NCBI RefSeq assembly: GCF_964355755.1
Contig: NC_092672.1
Span: forward strand, 19,853,237 to 19,917,236
DNA from: Antedon mediterranea
Taxonomy: Eukaryota > Animalia > Echinodermata
Length of the DNA stretch: 64,000 bases
Direction of reading: 5' to 3'
In this document: positions 22,101 to 32,465 of the stretch, one piece after another
Layout: the number at the start of each line of letters is the position of its first letter
Position numbering within the stretch: the stretch's first letter is position 1
Position numbers and translations under genes: made by a program
The notes under the pieces: model-generated
Database searches by the model: none
Told to the model about the DNA's origin: nothing
Seen by the model: only the letters and a program-made list of their open reading frames with translations

Positions 22101-24004
22101 CTGTACTCGAGCTGTTCAACCGGTTTTCAGCTATTAAAAACAATTATCGTAGGAGGAGATCGGAAAATGCGAAGCCTCCTCGCATTTTTTGTGGCGGGTA
22201 TTTTTCAAGATGGACATCCATTAGACAGTGTATACCACGATCGGAAAACACCCCTATTTGGGGCAAATCGTTGAACCTAAATTCGTTTTAATTGTCAATA
22301 ACTAATTATCTAACTTAATTTAATTAGTAAACAGGGTTACATCAGGTGGTTAAAATCAGTACCGAAAGTACGAACCAACTTTATATACCATCGAGTAAAA
22401 ATTGTAAAAGTAAGGCGCGATTTACCGAATTTTGCCCTTACGTAAATTTATAAATAGATTAATTGTATTTAATAAATTCGTTTTAACCGTCAATAACTTA
22501 TTATCTAACTTAATGTAATTAGTAAACAGGGTTACATCAGGTGGTTAAAATCAGTACCGAAAGTACGAACCAACTTTATATACCATCGAGTAAAAATTAT
22601 AGAAGTAAGGCGCGATTTACCGAATTTTGCCCTTACGTAAATTTATATATAGAAGCTCAGGTACAGGCATGAATTTTAAACATAATATCTGGTTAATTGT
22701 ACATAAATAAAATATTTATAGCAGAAAGTAGTAGTTAGGTAGTTTTACCTAATGTAATAACATGTCTGGTGACTCCCTAGAAGGTGAAAAAAAGATGTTG
22801 GATATACGGTGGATAATCTTTGCTTTAGTGATCTGATAACATTTTTTACTACACCATAGCTTTTTAAAATGCCTCTCTATTTACAAAATTTGTGTACAAA
22901 GAAATAGAGATTTTACTGTGTAATTTGAACTATGCTCCCACTGATAAGAAAGTGCTTATTTTCAACAAACTCGTGTAACACAAATAAAATCCCAAAAATT
23001 ATGAAACAAAGGCGAAACTATAGATCGATAATTATTGGAATGTATGATCAATAGAAATTTTTTGCCCGCACCTGGCCTTTAAGATAATAACGTGAGAATT
23101 TAATTATCCACATTGATAGTTTTTTTAATGGTTATCTAGTTAGTAAATCACAATATATTTTCAATTTTGTGTATGGTGTGATGATTGTCTAACATGTGTC
23201 TTCTATGCATCATTTATGATGAGGATTTTAAACTTTTGGCAAATTACAATAGTATGGTCACAAAGATTATAAGTTGAATGGGAAGAATGTTTTAATGATT
23301 TAAAAGATTTCCTGTTTTGTTGACCTTCAAACTTTTTATTTTCTTTAAATATATTCATTATTCAAAATGTTGGTACTGAAATTTTTTTCAAATCTGCTAT
23401 CTCGGCCTTTTATTGTGTCCACAAAAAAAAGACGACCCAGTGACATATATTACACTGTTGATTTTTTTTAGGTGAACTATCTGACGATAACTATCGGGAA
23501 CTGCTCAGCAAAGTGTCATCGTGGTTCAAGGAATCAGAGAAAGTCAATCTATTGAAAGTTATACTTTGCAAGTGTGAACATATTTCTGTTGTCGAAATAG
23601 AAAGAAGGAATGATCCATTTGAGCTGTTTAAGTTACTTGAAGGTCCTGGAATCATTAGCCAATCAAATATCGATGTTCTCATTGAAATCATTGCAATAGG
23701 AGGAATGGAGGGTGTGTATGAAAGCATCAAGCACTTGATACCAACCTTTGCTGGATTTGAGAAATTAATCATCTCTGAACGCTGGAATGATGTACGAAAG
23801 GTGATCAGATTTGGTCTTAAAATAAGTAATGCAGATAAAGTAAAAATTGGACAGTTGCGTGGCCTAAAGGTTAAGGAATCAGATGATGTTTGGACTTTAA
23901 TATTTCAGCTAGTAATGAAAGATACATTTACTAAAAACAGCACAGAATTCGTTCGACTACTTAAGGACAATGACATGGATAGCCTTGCTACATTATTGGA
24001 ATAG
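1079..24004 (+). CDS. Multi-exon ROCO-family gene (Roc GTPase-COR-Cys/His segment-S/T linker-DED-like domains), 5' part outside window, possibly pseudogenising
   Basis: Manual splicing of GT-AG exons with compatible phases: 1079-1182, 1545-1613, 2214-2347, 4033-4122, 6291-6482, 15859-16095, 17500-17694, 17861-18022, 18113-18400, 18607-18687, 18779-18989, 19432-19485, 19847-19891, 20378-(20850), 23472-24004. Roc motifs EPSTDGI, IWDYAGQLEYYITHRFFL, PPICLVATHVDK. COR motifs VPVKW, EYMNDIGIILH, EEGIL, VMKTFGLL, FLVPSRM. Confidence 0.88.
1545..1613 (+). CDS. ROCO exon: Roc insert (DMEISKQAHSSAIEKKIDQRLEK)
   Basis: Polypyrimidine tract then ctacag|, donor G|gtagg; 69 nt, phase 1-1, in frame with the previous exon. 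Confidence 0.75.
2214..2347 (+). CDS. ROCO exon: Roc G3/switch II (SIWDYAGQLEYYITHR) with in-frame TGA at 2225-2227
   Basis: Acceptor ttttatgtag|, donor AGG|gtatg; WDxAGQ-type motif. The frame reads EGSV*IWDKIKN... from this acceptor. Confidence 0.85.
3446..3965 (-). mobile_element. Helentron-associated non-autonomous element (HINE/DINE-1-like)
   Basis: Sub-TIR acctccgcc/ggcggaggt, CA microsatellite, terminal stem-loop and CTAG end; inverted copy at 58451-59061. Confidence 0.8.
4033..4122 (+). CDS. ROCO exon (FFLTSTVSYCVAFNVMDKLDEQANPRDSSK)
   Basis: tttcag| ... |gtaagt; 90 nt, phase 0-0; continues THR-FFL as in Roc domains. Confidence 0.85.
4191..4803. mobile_element. MITE (Harbinger-like TIR), abutted by a short MITE at about 4804-4953
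   Basis: aagcctgttttactgttgatcgttgagttgcgttga / tcaacgcaacttaacgatcgacaggaaaacagg; the neighbour has TIR aagcatggttcccacta / tagtgggaaccaagctt. Confidence 0.7.
5190..7910 (+). repeat. Intronic direct duplication flanking exon 6291-6482 (5190-5640 vs 7420-7910; third partial copy from about 7968)
   Basis: Shared block atgcacgttgtcactttctgatgcgcacccaagattaatattctcacagcacaaagtctcatatccaaa ... gaagagtgcgcttttattata. Confidence 0.85.
6291..6482 (+). CDS. ROCO exon: Roc G4 (TNLDMNLFWIRSI...PPICLVATHVDK)
   Basis: ttttag| ... GAG|gtaaat; 192 nt; overlaps ORF 6303-6551. Confidence 0.9.
8432..9901. mobile_element. Kolobok-like non-autonomous element (TTAA flanks) containing a nested TIR element
   Basis: ttaa|agaccccttccc ... 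ggaaatggggcta|ttaa; TIR imperfect. Confidence 0.5.
8728..9569. mobile_element. Nested TIR element with AT flanks (ISL2EU/Harbinger-like)
   Basis: Perfect inverted ends aatagagagaaatggcgaaccg (8725-8746) / cggttcgccatttctctctatt (9551-9572). Confidence 0.72.
9918..10748. mobile_element. Harbinger-like MITE with internal TIR copies
   Basis: agcccctttctcacaga / tctgtgagaaaggggct; repeated ttctcacagaa and CCGG subterminal motifs. Confidence 0.75.
10992..12152. mobile_element. TIR element with apparent 5-bp TSD (TTGGG)
   Basis: caagcccgtagccaggg / ccctggatacgggcttg; ttggg on both flanks. Confidence 0.7.
12400..12960 (-). mobile_element. Penelope-like retroelement 3' fragment (GIY-YIG endonuclease C-terminal part)
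   Basis: ORF 12762-12974: QTKNTLRMRMTQHRSAI...QPVAEHF..AGHS...FRVIAID, typical of the PLE GIY-YIG; degenerate hammerhead-like motif at about 12432-12468 (-). Confidence 0.8.
13076..14840 (+). mobile_element. Helitron-like non-autonomous element, split by an IS3EU-like foldback
   Basis: 5' TCTATATATA start; colinear with the inverted copy at 20988-22652. Confidence 0.65.
13557..14546. mobile_element. IS3EU-like foldback element with 6-bp TSD ATTATT
   Basis: TACGGAAG...CTTCCGTA termini, long inverted arms, tandem aattatctggcggccgccactt units; ATTATT at 13551-13556 and 14547-14552. Confidence 0.78.
15004..15272. mobile_element. Degenerate inverted-repeat relic, Penelope pLTR-like
   Basis: Arms ttatctgtatataattcttaacgata / tatcgttaagaattatatacagataa with a decayed hammerhead-like stem (agactgttgaaaacagtc). 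Confidence 0.55.
15859..16095 (+). CDS. ROCO exon: end of Roc and start of COR (VDNT...EVPVKWVNLQERL)
   Basis: tgaag| ... GAG|gtaaag; 237 nt, phase 0-0; overlaps ORF 15853-16107. Confidence 0.88.
16140..17153 (+). mobile_element. HINE-like non-autonomous element, different family
   Basis: 5' hairpin ctatcgctctctgtagagcgatagcc; sub-terminal cgatagcc repeated near the 3' end before a stem-loop and ttagtt. Confidence 0.6.
17500..17694 (+). CDS. ROCO exon: COR (AIEYMNDIGIILHSS...VITDLKMMIRMVTKVI)
   Basis: tttattag| ... GTG|gtaggt; 195 nt open frame with a COR signature. Confidence 0.88.
17861..18022 (+). CDS. ROCO exon: COR (WKRLDEEGILEERLLRYLW...EVMKTFGLLFE)
   Basis: atatag| ... AAG|gtaagt; 162 nt. 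Confidence 0.88.
18113..18400 (+). CDS. ROCO exon: COR (VFLVPSRM...DFLPNAVYNTLVV)
   Basis: ccgcag| ... AAG|gtacag; 288 nt. Confidence 0.88.
18607..18687 (+). CDS. ROCO exon (LEISHLIKVHGSTTGPINEPHRSFCIE)
   Basis: tatcag| ... GAG|gtaagg; 81 nt, phase 0-0. Confidence 0.8.
18779..18989 (+). CDS. ROCO exon: COR C-terminus with Cys/His cluster (CVLCNVC...HLH...C...C)
   Basis: ttatag| ... G|gtaatt; 211 nt, ends in phase 1. Confidence 0.85.
19432..19485 (+). CDS. Ser/Thr-rich linker mini-exon 1 (DTPDATTTTLAISSSLPS)
   Basis: tttgcatag| ... G|gtcagt; 54 nt, phase 1-1. Confidence 0.75.
19847..19891 (+). CDS. Ser/Thr-rich linker mini-exon 2 (DTPTTTPLATSSLRT), paralog of mini-exon 1
   Basis: ttgtatag| ... 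G|gttagt; 45 nt, phase 1-1; downstream intron sequence is also similar (gttgatt, gaaatggcaatagcta). Confidence 0.75.
20378..20850 (+). CDS. DED-like exon A: one death-fold domain, then loss of homology after ...IKEKL (about 20640)
   Basis: Phase-1 acceptor tatttag|; ELSEDNFKQLIADFAKWF aligns with exon B ELSDDNYRELLSKVSSWF, and LSQTNLSVL with ISQSNIDVL. The frame runs to TGA 20848-20850 through UTR-like sequence. Confidence 0.7.
20988..22652 (-). mobile_element. Helitron/Helentron-like non-autonomous element between the two DED exons
   Basis: On minus: TCTATATATA 5' end (5' segment tandemly duplicated); 3' hairpin ctagatggtacgc...gcgtaccatctag ending in CTAG; inserted between T and T. Confidence 0.72.
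22653..23078. mobile_element. Kolobok-like short element
   Basis: agctcaggtacaggca / tgcccgcacctggcct|ttaa imperfect TIR. Confidence 0.45.
23472..24004 (+). CDS. Terminal exon B: tandem DED-like pair, stop TAG at 24002-24004
   Basis: Phase-1 acceptor ttttttag|; two helical units with DED-like patterns (FELFKLLE.PGIISQSNIDVLIEII; FGLKISNADKVKI...VWTLIFQL). The DED call is from pattern recognition. Confidence 0.75.
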
Positions 24005-25620
24005 ATAAAATACAAGATAACAATACATAACATGTGACAACATAACACTGAATTAACATTCTACTACTTAAAGACAATGACATGGATAGCCTTGCTACAT
24101 TATTGGAATAGATAGAATACAAGATAACAATACATAACATGTGACAACATAACACTGAATTAACATTCTACTACTTAAGGACAATGACATGGATAGCCTT
24201 GCTACATTATTGGAATAGATAGAATACAAGATAACAATACATAACATGTGACAACATAACACTGAATTAACATTCTACTACTTAAAGACAATGACATGGA
24301 TAGCCTTGCTACATTATTGGAATAGATTGAATACAAGATAACAATACATAACATGTGACAACATAACACTGAATTAACATTCTACTACTTAAGGACAATG
24401 ACATGGATAGATAGCCTTGTTACATTATTGGAATAGATAGAATACAAGATAACAATACATAACATGTGACAACATAACACTGAATTAACATTCTACTACT
24501 TAAAGACAATGACATGGACAGCCTTGCTACATTATTGGAATAGATAGAATACAAGATAACAATACATAACATGTGACAACATAACACTGAATTAACATTC
24601 TACTACTTAAAAACAATGACATGGATAGCCTTGCTACATTATTGGAATAGATTGAATACAAGATAACAATACATAACATGTGACAACACAACACTGAATT
24701 AACATTCTACTACTTAAGGACAATGACATGGATAGCCTTGCTACATTATTGGAATAGATAAAATACAAGATAACAATAGATAACATGTGACAACATAACA
24801 CTGAATTAACATTCTACTACTTAAGGACAATGACATGGATAGCCTTGCTACATTATTGGAATAGATAGAATACAAGATAACAATAGATAACATGTGACAA
24901 CATAACACTGAATTAACATTCTACTACTTAAGGACAATGACATGGATAGCCTTGCTACATTATTGGAATAGATATAATACAAGATAACAATATATAACAT
25001 GTGACAACATAACACTGAATTAGCATTCTACTACTTAAGGACAATGACATGGATAGCCTTGCTACATTATTGGAATTGATAAAATACAAGATAACAATAG
25101 ATAACATGTGACAACATAACACTGAATTAACATTCTACTACTTAAGGACAATGACATGGATAGCCTTGCTACATTATTGGAATAGATAGAATACAAGATA
25201 ACAATACATAACATGTGACAACATAACACTGAATTAACATTCTACTACTTAAAGACAATGACATGGATAGCCTTGCTACATTATTGGAATAGATAGAATA
25301 CAAGATAACAATACATAACATGTGACAACATAACACTGAATTAACATTCTACTACTTAAATACAATGACATGGATAGCCTTGCTACATTATTGGAATAGA
25401 TAGAATACAAGATAACAATACATAACATGTGACAACATAACACTGAATTAACATTCTACTACTTAAATACAATGACATGGATAGCCTTGCTACATTATTG
25501 GAATAGATAGAATACAAGATAACAATACATAACATGTGACAACATAACACTGAATTAACATTCTACTACTTAAGGACAATGACATGGATAGCCTTGCTAT
25601 ATTATTGGAATAGATAAAAT
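23957..25620 (+). repeat. 107-bp tandem array, about 15.5 copies, first unit overlapping the ROCO stop codon
   Basis: ctactt recurs at 23957, 24064, 24171 ... 25566; one unit has a 4-bp insertion. Confidence 0.97.
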
Positions 25621-26134
25621 TTAAATGTGACAATATAACTATTAGAATCAGAATTACTAAAAAGTGACTACAATTTAATAACAGTTGTTTGGATTTTTTT
25701 TAAATAAACTAATTACAACCAATCAAAATCTGAATTTGATTGTAAAGAACCTGTAAAGTTTTATTAAATACAGTCAGTTCATCCAAAACCATACCTTTTT
25801 AATGTCCCAAATTGTTCAGAATACCAGATATATTAGCTCAGCCCAAGGCTGTCCTGTTAATGTCCCAAATTGTTCAGAATACCAGACATATTAGCTCAGC
25901 CCAAGGCTGTCCTGTTTTGGAGAGTTGACTGTATTATTAAATTATTTATTGGTTATTGTAATAATGTTTCAAGACAAATATTTAATCTTGCAACAATTCA
26001 TACAGTAGTGATTCAGATTTAAAAGCTCTTGATGGACAATACAGCTTCTCTGTCCTTAAGCAGTATACAGACAGCTGAAGTTTAAAGATGAAATGTAGCT
26101 TACTGTCACAAGTCTAACCTTTTTTTGCAAACCA

Positions 26135-27075
26135 TATCTTTCTGTATTTGTAGCCTCTTTATCTACCCACTAGACTAGACTCATTAATGTACAATAGATA
26201 GCATATGATGGATCATGTAGATACGGAAGGCAACAAACAACTGACATACACCATTTTAAATCTCTATGTTTTTGTAGCCTCTTTATCTACCCACTAGACT
26301 AGACTCATTAATGTACAATAGATAGCATATGATGGATCATGTAGATATGGAAGACAACAAACAACTGACATACACCATTTTAGATCTCTATGTTTTTGTA
26401 GCCTCTTTATCTACCCACTAGACTAGACTCATTAATGTACAATAGATAGCATATGATGGATCATGTAGATATGGAAGACAACAAACAACTGAAATACACC
26501 ATTTTAGATCTCTATGTTTTTGTAGCCTCTTTATCTACCCACTAGACTAGACTCATTAATGTACAATAGATAGCATATGATGCATCATGTAGATATGGAA
26601 GGCAACAAACAACTGACATACACCATTTTAAATCTCTATGTTTTTGTAACCTCTTTATCTACCCACTAGACTAGACTCATTAATGTACAATAGATAGCAT
26701 ATGATGCATCATGTAGATATGGAAGGCAACAAACAACTGACATACACCATTTTAAATCTCTATGTTTTTGTAACCTCTTTATCTACCCACTAGACTAGAC
26801 TCATTAATGTACAATAGATAGCATCTGATGCATCATGTAGATATGGAAGGCAACAAACAACTGACATACACCATTTTAAATCTCTATGTTTTTGTAACCT
26901 CTTTATCTACCCACTAGACTAGACTAATTAATGTACAATAGATAGCATCTGATGCATCATGTAGATATGGAAGGCAACAAACAACTGACATACACCATTT
27001 TAAATGTCTATGTTTTTGTAGCCTCTTTATCTATCCACTAGACTAGACTCATTAATGTACAATAGATAGCATGTG
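26135..27075. repeat. 124-bp tandem array, about 7.5 copies
   Basis: cactagactagac at 26168, 26292, 26416 ... 27036. Confidence 0.95.
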
Positions 27076-27218
27076 ATAGGAATAATTAGTTCAATGTAGT
27101 TTATTTCAAGTGCTTTATAGTTGTTGCTTTGTTTTTTTTTCCAATTTATATTTGTGTATGTTTTTTTTACAATCAATCATTGTGAGTTTATTTTAAATAC
27201 TTACATATTATTGTAAGT

Positions 27219-27407
27219 GTTAAAGCTTTGTACATTATATTATATACGTTATGAAATAAAATGTGAATAAGATGATTTATTGTTAAAGCTTTGTACATTA
27301 TATTATATACATTATGAAATAAAATGTAAATAAGATGATTTATTGTTAAAGCTTTGTACATTATATTATATACATTATGAAATAAAATGTGAATAAGATG
27401 ATTTATT
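27219..27407. repeat. 63-bp tandem repeat x3 (also a 59-bp x2 repeat at about 25799-25916)
   Basis: gttaaagctttgtacatt at 27219, 27282, 27345. Confidence 0.9.
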
Positions 27408-28111
27408 TTTGTATATAGAAAATTGTAAAAATGAACACATTTAATTTTGTCCATTTGTATGATGTGGGATTTTTAGGTGGAAGTGTGTTAACAGTAACCA
27501 TAGTGATAGTAACAATAATAATGCACAGTTACAATACTGATAACAATGTAGTCACTCATTTAAACAAATAAAATATATAAATATAATTATATAATTTACT
27601 TCTATAATGAGGACATGTTCACCTAAAGAGTGTGTGAGTGCTGGCTGTGTACAGGCTGATAGTCATTAAATTGTTTACACAACTTTTACCTGCTGCCACA
27701 ATATTAGGTTAATTACATTTGGTATTTTAAGATGGAAATTATCTGCAATTTTGAGGCAATTTTTATGAAGTTTAAAAATCCAATAAATTGAAAGAAGAAT
27801 ACCAATCTAATATAATAGTTTTTGTAAATGTTTTTTTTTCTGTAGGTAGGTTATGCAAACATTATGAATTATTCATCAGCTATGTTTGTTATAATGGATT
27901 GCTATGTTTCAAAGAAATCATCAGAAAATCACTAGATTAATTTATTTTGTGCATTATGAGAAATGCAGTTTATGGCTCAGCAATTGATGCAAACTAGGGG
28001 TTTAATTTATTACCAGTCTGTGGTACAAGGGTTGTTGTTATTGTAATTATTAGGCCCATTATTGACAGTCCATTGGGCAACAACAAAAGCTGAGCCGAAA
28101 ATGGTTCTTAC

Positions 28112-28910
28112 CAAAGAATATATGTCACAAGAATGAGTAATCCGCGATTTTCCCTGTAACAGTAATATTGTCCATGTGGTAGGGCGCCGCCATAAGTAAG
28201 GATGTATACAACTTTTTGTGACGGTTACACTAATCTAAGCCTGCACCACCGGTAATATTTTCATGATAAAAAATGTTATCAACTACATGCCAACATCATG
28301 TTAAATGCTGTTTGGATATTTAATTGTTCGTTTCATGCAATCTATGTATTAAAAACTGCCGAATAAACAGTTCGCTTCATCTACCGGGCGTGAATTGGTG
28401 TTTACGCGTTTTCACGAAGGATAGTTTAATAATATTTCTATATTTAACTTGTTTCTGGTATAACAAATAAATGTTAATGAAATTTAACATTGTATCCTAT
28501 TAATAATATGTATTTTATACTAATTTATATCTTAAAAACAATACTTAATTTACCGGGCGTAGATTAGTACGCGGCAATGGTAAAGAATAGGCCGTGCTGA
28601 GTAACGCTTCGTTGATTTTTGGTGTAGCTGTTAGGCTTTTTTGTGAACTAATTTAGTATGGTAGTAAATAATTTTCTGTAGAAGTGAATGTACACTAGTT
28701 TGGTATTATATATGCATTATAAAATGTTTTACAATTGCAAAATATATTATCATAATTCTATTTAATCATAATGTGACATGTAATCTATTAAATCAAGTCT
28801 TATTTAGTCTGTATACATTGGCATCCCATCTGAGGGCGGGCAACACTCTCTGTTACAAATTTATCATGCAAAAATCGCGGAATACTCATTCTTGTGATAT
28901 ATATTCTTTG
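28112..28910. mobile_element. P-superfamily-like MITE with 7-bp TSD
   Basis: About 40-bp TIR caaagaatatatgtcacaagaatgagta / tactcattcttgtgatatatattctttg; flanks ttcttac / ctcttac. Confidence 0.8.
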
Positions 28911-29130
28911 CTCTTACTAAAATCTCAATAATCTCAAATCAACTGATGGTCGCCGACGTTGACATTCCGAACAGAATACCTCCGACTCGTTTCGTTGATA
29001 TTTTGACAGAACAGACAATAAACTATTGGACAAAGCTACCTCGATTACACAAAACAGTCAACTGGTCAACAGTCAGTATTTTTACAGACTTAAAAAATAA
29101 AGCTTGTGGATAAAGCAAAAGAACGATTCA

Positions 29131-30540
29131 GGCTGGTTTCCTGTCGACGTAAGAAGTTGAATTTTGCAACGATTCTTGCGTTTCATACGTTTCTTACGTC
29201 TCTTACGAAAGTTGAGAAAAAATTGACGTCGTTGACGTTAGTCAAGATCGTGTCGGGCCACAGAGAAACATCTGTAGTTATGCTGCTCCCGAAAGTTGAA
29301 ATTTTGGCTGTGAAACACACGTCGTATGCTTACGTCGATTTTAGTGTTGTTACGAAATTTTTTTCTTACGTCGGTCGGATTTATGACGTATTTGAAACAA
29401 CATCTATGATTGGTGTTTCTTTTTAGAGCGGGTTTTATAATTTTTCGCGCGAAATGTTGAATGTTGTTATTGTAGCCTACCTGTAGCTACTCAGTGTCAG
29501 TGCAGCACACCAACATATTATTTTTAGTAGATATGCTAGGCCCTAGTATTAGCGATAATACTTAATTAATACTGTACTAATAGGAATGGATTTGACCAAA
29601 ATATCAAACTAGCCTAGGAGCCAGGCTAATAGGCTAGGCCTATGCACTATTGTATGAACCAAAATATGAATTAATTATTCTGGCCTTAGTAGGCCTAGCC
29701 TTAAATAGTTTTCAAAATTAAAAAACGGCAAATTATTTCGGGATTCCTGTTATTATTAGGCCTACCTATGGGCCCAGGCATACCAAAATATAATATATAT
29801 TGACAAAACAATATAAATTATACAAAATCAAGCAAACATTTTTTTTTAAAGTTACATAATAATATTATATTGCTTACAAGGGCTTCCTATATCTTATCTT
29901 GTTGCAAATGTTCATTTTCGCGACGTTTCTACCGACAAATAGAACAGAAGAATGTCGAATGTTTCAATGCGGATTGTTTATTGCACGTCCATAAATAAGA
30001 GTATTAAATTTTGATGTGAGTTGTAAACTCCCTGATTAGAACAATATTATATTGAAACTACTGTGCATTTGTAAAGTATGTACATTGTACAACATCGTAA
30101 AGTGGGCTAAAATTGTAGTAGTACGGTAAATACATACAAATGTTATTGTCCGGCTATATATTTCACTGTAAGGTCATACACATTACGTCATAACTCTTGT
30201 CGCTCATTGGTTGCTTGTTACGATTGCGCTTACGTCTCTTGCGAAAGTTGACTTCAAGTCCACTTTTGTAAGAGACGTAAGAAACGTGACGCAAGGGCGT
30301 TCATTCAAGCGTAAGATAAAAAATCCCGGTTTCCTGTAAAATCGGAAGAAAACGTCGTAACGCAACAATTGTTAGGTCATCGGTTTCCTGTAAAATCGTT
30401 TGTCGTTACCATTTTTCTTACGTTACGTCGATTTTATAAATTTTCGATCGTAATCGGTTTTATGTAAAATCCGCATTTCTTACGACAAATCGACGTAGTC
30501 GCAACAAAAGTGATGTTCTTACGTCGACAGGAAACCAGCC
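29131..30540. mobile_element. Harbinger-like non-autonomous element
   Basis: 25-bp perfect TIR ggctggtttcctgtcgacgtaagaa; 3-bp flanks tca/tcg; TTACG subterminal repeats. Confidence 0.82.
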
Positions 30541-31089
30541 TCGACGCAATTGGCGGTTACAGCCATGCAACCAGTGCTTGGCAATCTGTTGCTCCAACCA
30601 AATTGAACAGGTTCGTACAATTTGAAAACGCAGATCCCGTCCTTCGCCATATATCATAGAAGCGTCTATACAAAGTGGATTTTCAGAAACATTTTCTTCA
30701 CGTCTGCATGTCTCGTGTAGTTTATGATGCGACAAGATATTGGTTTTCTTGGTTATTAGAACCGATTGTGACGCATGGAAACAACAAAACTGTTGAAACA
30801 ACTCTTTCACTGCTGTACCTTTGCGAAATGTGAATCGGAATTGGATCCGTGTACGTTGACGGTGTATGGCCGTTTTCTATCATATCACGACGCATGCATC
30901 AGAGAAAACGAAAAATAGGCGTGCATTAAATCATTAAAGACGGTACTCATATTGTGACGTGTTGTGATGAATGCGATCGATGGGACGGTATGATTTATTT
31001 TTGCAAAGGTTAGATCAACGTGTTGGTATAATGTGGTTCGGTTAAATCGTGGTAGGCCCTACAGTACATGCTTTACAGATCGTAGTACC

Positions 31090-32465
31090 AAAGTACTTAA
31101 TAACAATTGTTGGACCGTTGGGTTTTATCTTATATACATCTCCTATCTGTGATATCATTCGCAATCACAACGTCCTTATTCTTGAATATGCCGATGATAT
31201 ACAGACCCAACAATTGTTAATGATTATCAAAATTCACTTAAACATTTGACTTCCTGCATATCCAAAATGAATGAATAAATGATTAGTAGGCTAATGTTAC
31301 AGTTAAATCAGGAGAAAACTGAGTTCTTTTGTTTTGCAAGTAATCGTGTCGCGCTACCAGATCTTGAATTAAAATTAGATAACAATATTATTATTCGTAC
31401 TTCAAAATGTATTCAAAACTCTAGGTGTGATTTTGATAGCTCTTTGAATATGTCCTCTCAAGTAAATGCTTTATGCAAGTCATTGAATTACCAACTTCAT
31501 AATTTGTCGCGCATACGTAAATATATTACTAAAGCTTGGTTCCCACTAGAACGTAACGCAAGGACGTAAACGCAACGCAAGCGTTTTAACCAATGACAAG
31601 CGAAGTTATAGACAGTTAACAATCACAAGCGAATAAGCCATCGCTTGTGATTGGTCAATTCACTTGCGTTGCGTTACGTCCTTGTGTTGCATCGCTACTG
31701 GTAACCACGCTTTAAGCTTGGTTTTCACTAGCGACGCAATCTACGCAACGTAAGAAAATGCCCTTCCAATCACTGTGTTTGCCCCCGCCTGCGTGAAATC
31801 AAACATACGATGTTTGCTGCACTATTGCGTCGTCGGTTCCCACTTATGATTACGCAATACAGCACATTGCGTCGATACGTCTATGCGTTGCGTTGTAGTG
31901 GGAACCACGCTTAAGGATGCATGCCAAAATCCTGTCCCGCCTTGACTATGCTAACTCGCTCTTGCTTGGAGCTCACGCCCGTGCCCGCGAAGTTGATCTT
32001 AAACGATTACAGCGATTGCAGAAACAAGGCTGTGTTTGCGTGTGGACGATATCAGCCTTCGGATGGTTTATATTGAAATATCTCGATTGGCTTCATAATA
32101 AAAAAAAGAATTGTGTACAAAATTATTGTTTTTGTTCATAAATGTATTTACTCTGTTTCCTTTATACCTTTTTTTATTTAACCGTGATCCGCTTTCATTT
32201 AATTTCGACTTCTCTCCTCTAATTGATCCCACCCGACTTTTCGTTGCACGATCTAATCGGAAAGCTGGGGACAATACTTTTTCTGTCACCTCTCCGCGGA
32301 TCTGGAACGTAACGCGCTTCCTGTCGATTTAAGAGGAGCGAATTCGGCAACTCTATTTAAAACATCAAATTTTCTTTAATTAATAATAGGCCTACTAGTG
32401 TTGTTAGGCGCTCTGTTCATTGTAGAGGGCGCCTATACGAACTTATAGAATAGAATATAAATAAA
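31090..32465 (+). mobile_element. 5'-truncated degenerate L2/CR1-group LINE RT fragment with two tandem short MITEs (31532-31913) inserted
   Basis: GPLGFILYT...YADDIQ, LQLNQEKTEF, LSRIRKYIT, LSRLDYANSLL, AGDNTFSVTSPRIWN; MITE TIRs aagcttggttcccacta / aaccacgctt. Confidence 0.88.

Noticed and set aside
23957-27075. CRISPR-like appearance of the 107-bp and 124-bp arrays
   Set aside because: Whole units repeat with no unique spacers, there are no cas genes, and the context is eukaryotic.
29106-29426. 106-aa ORF as a gene
   Set aside because: Chimeric: eight codons of the orphan frame read into the TIR of the inserted element.
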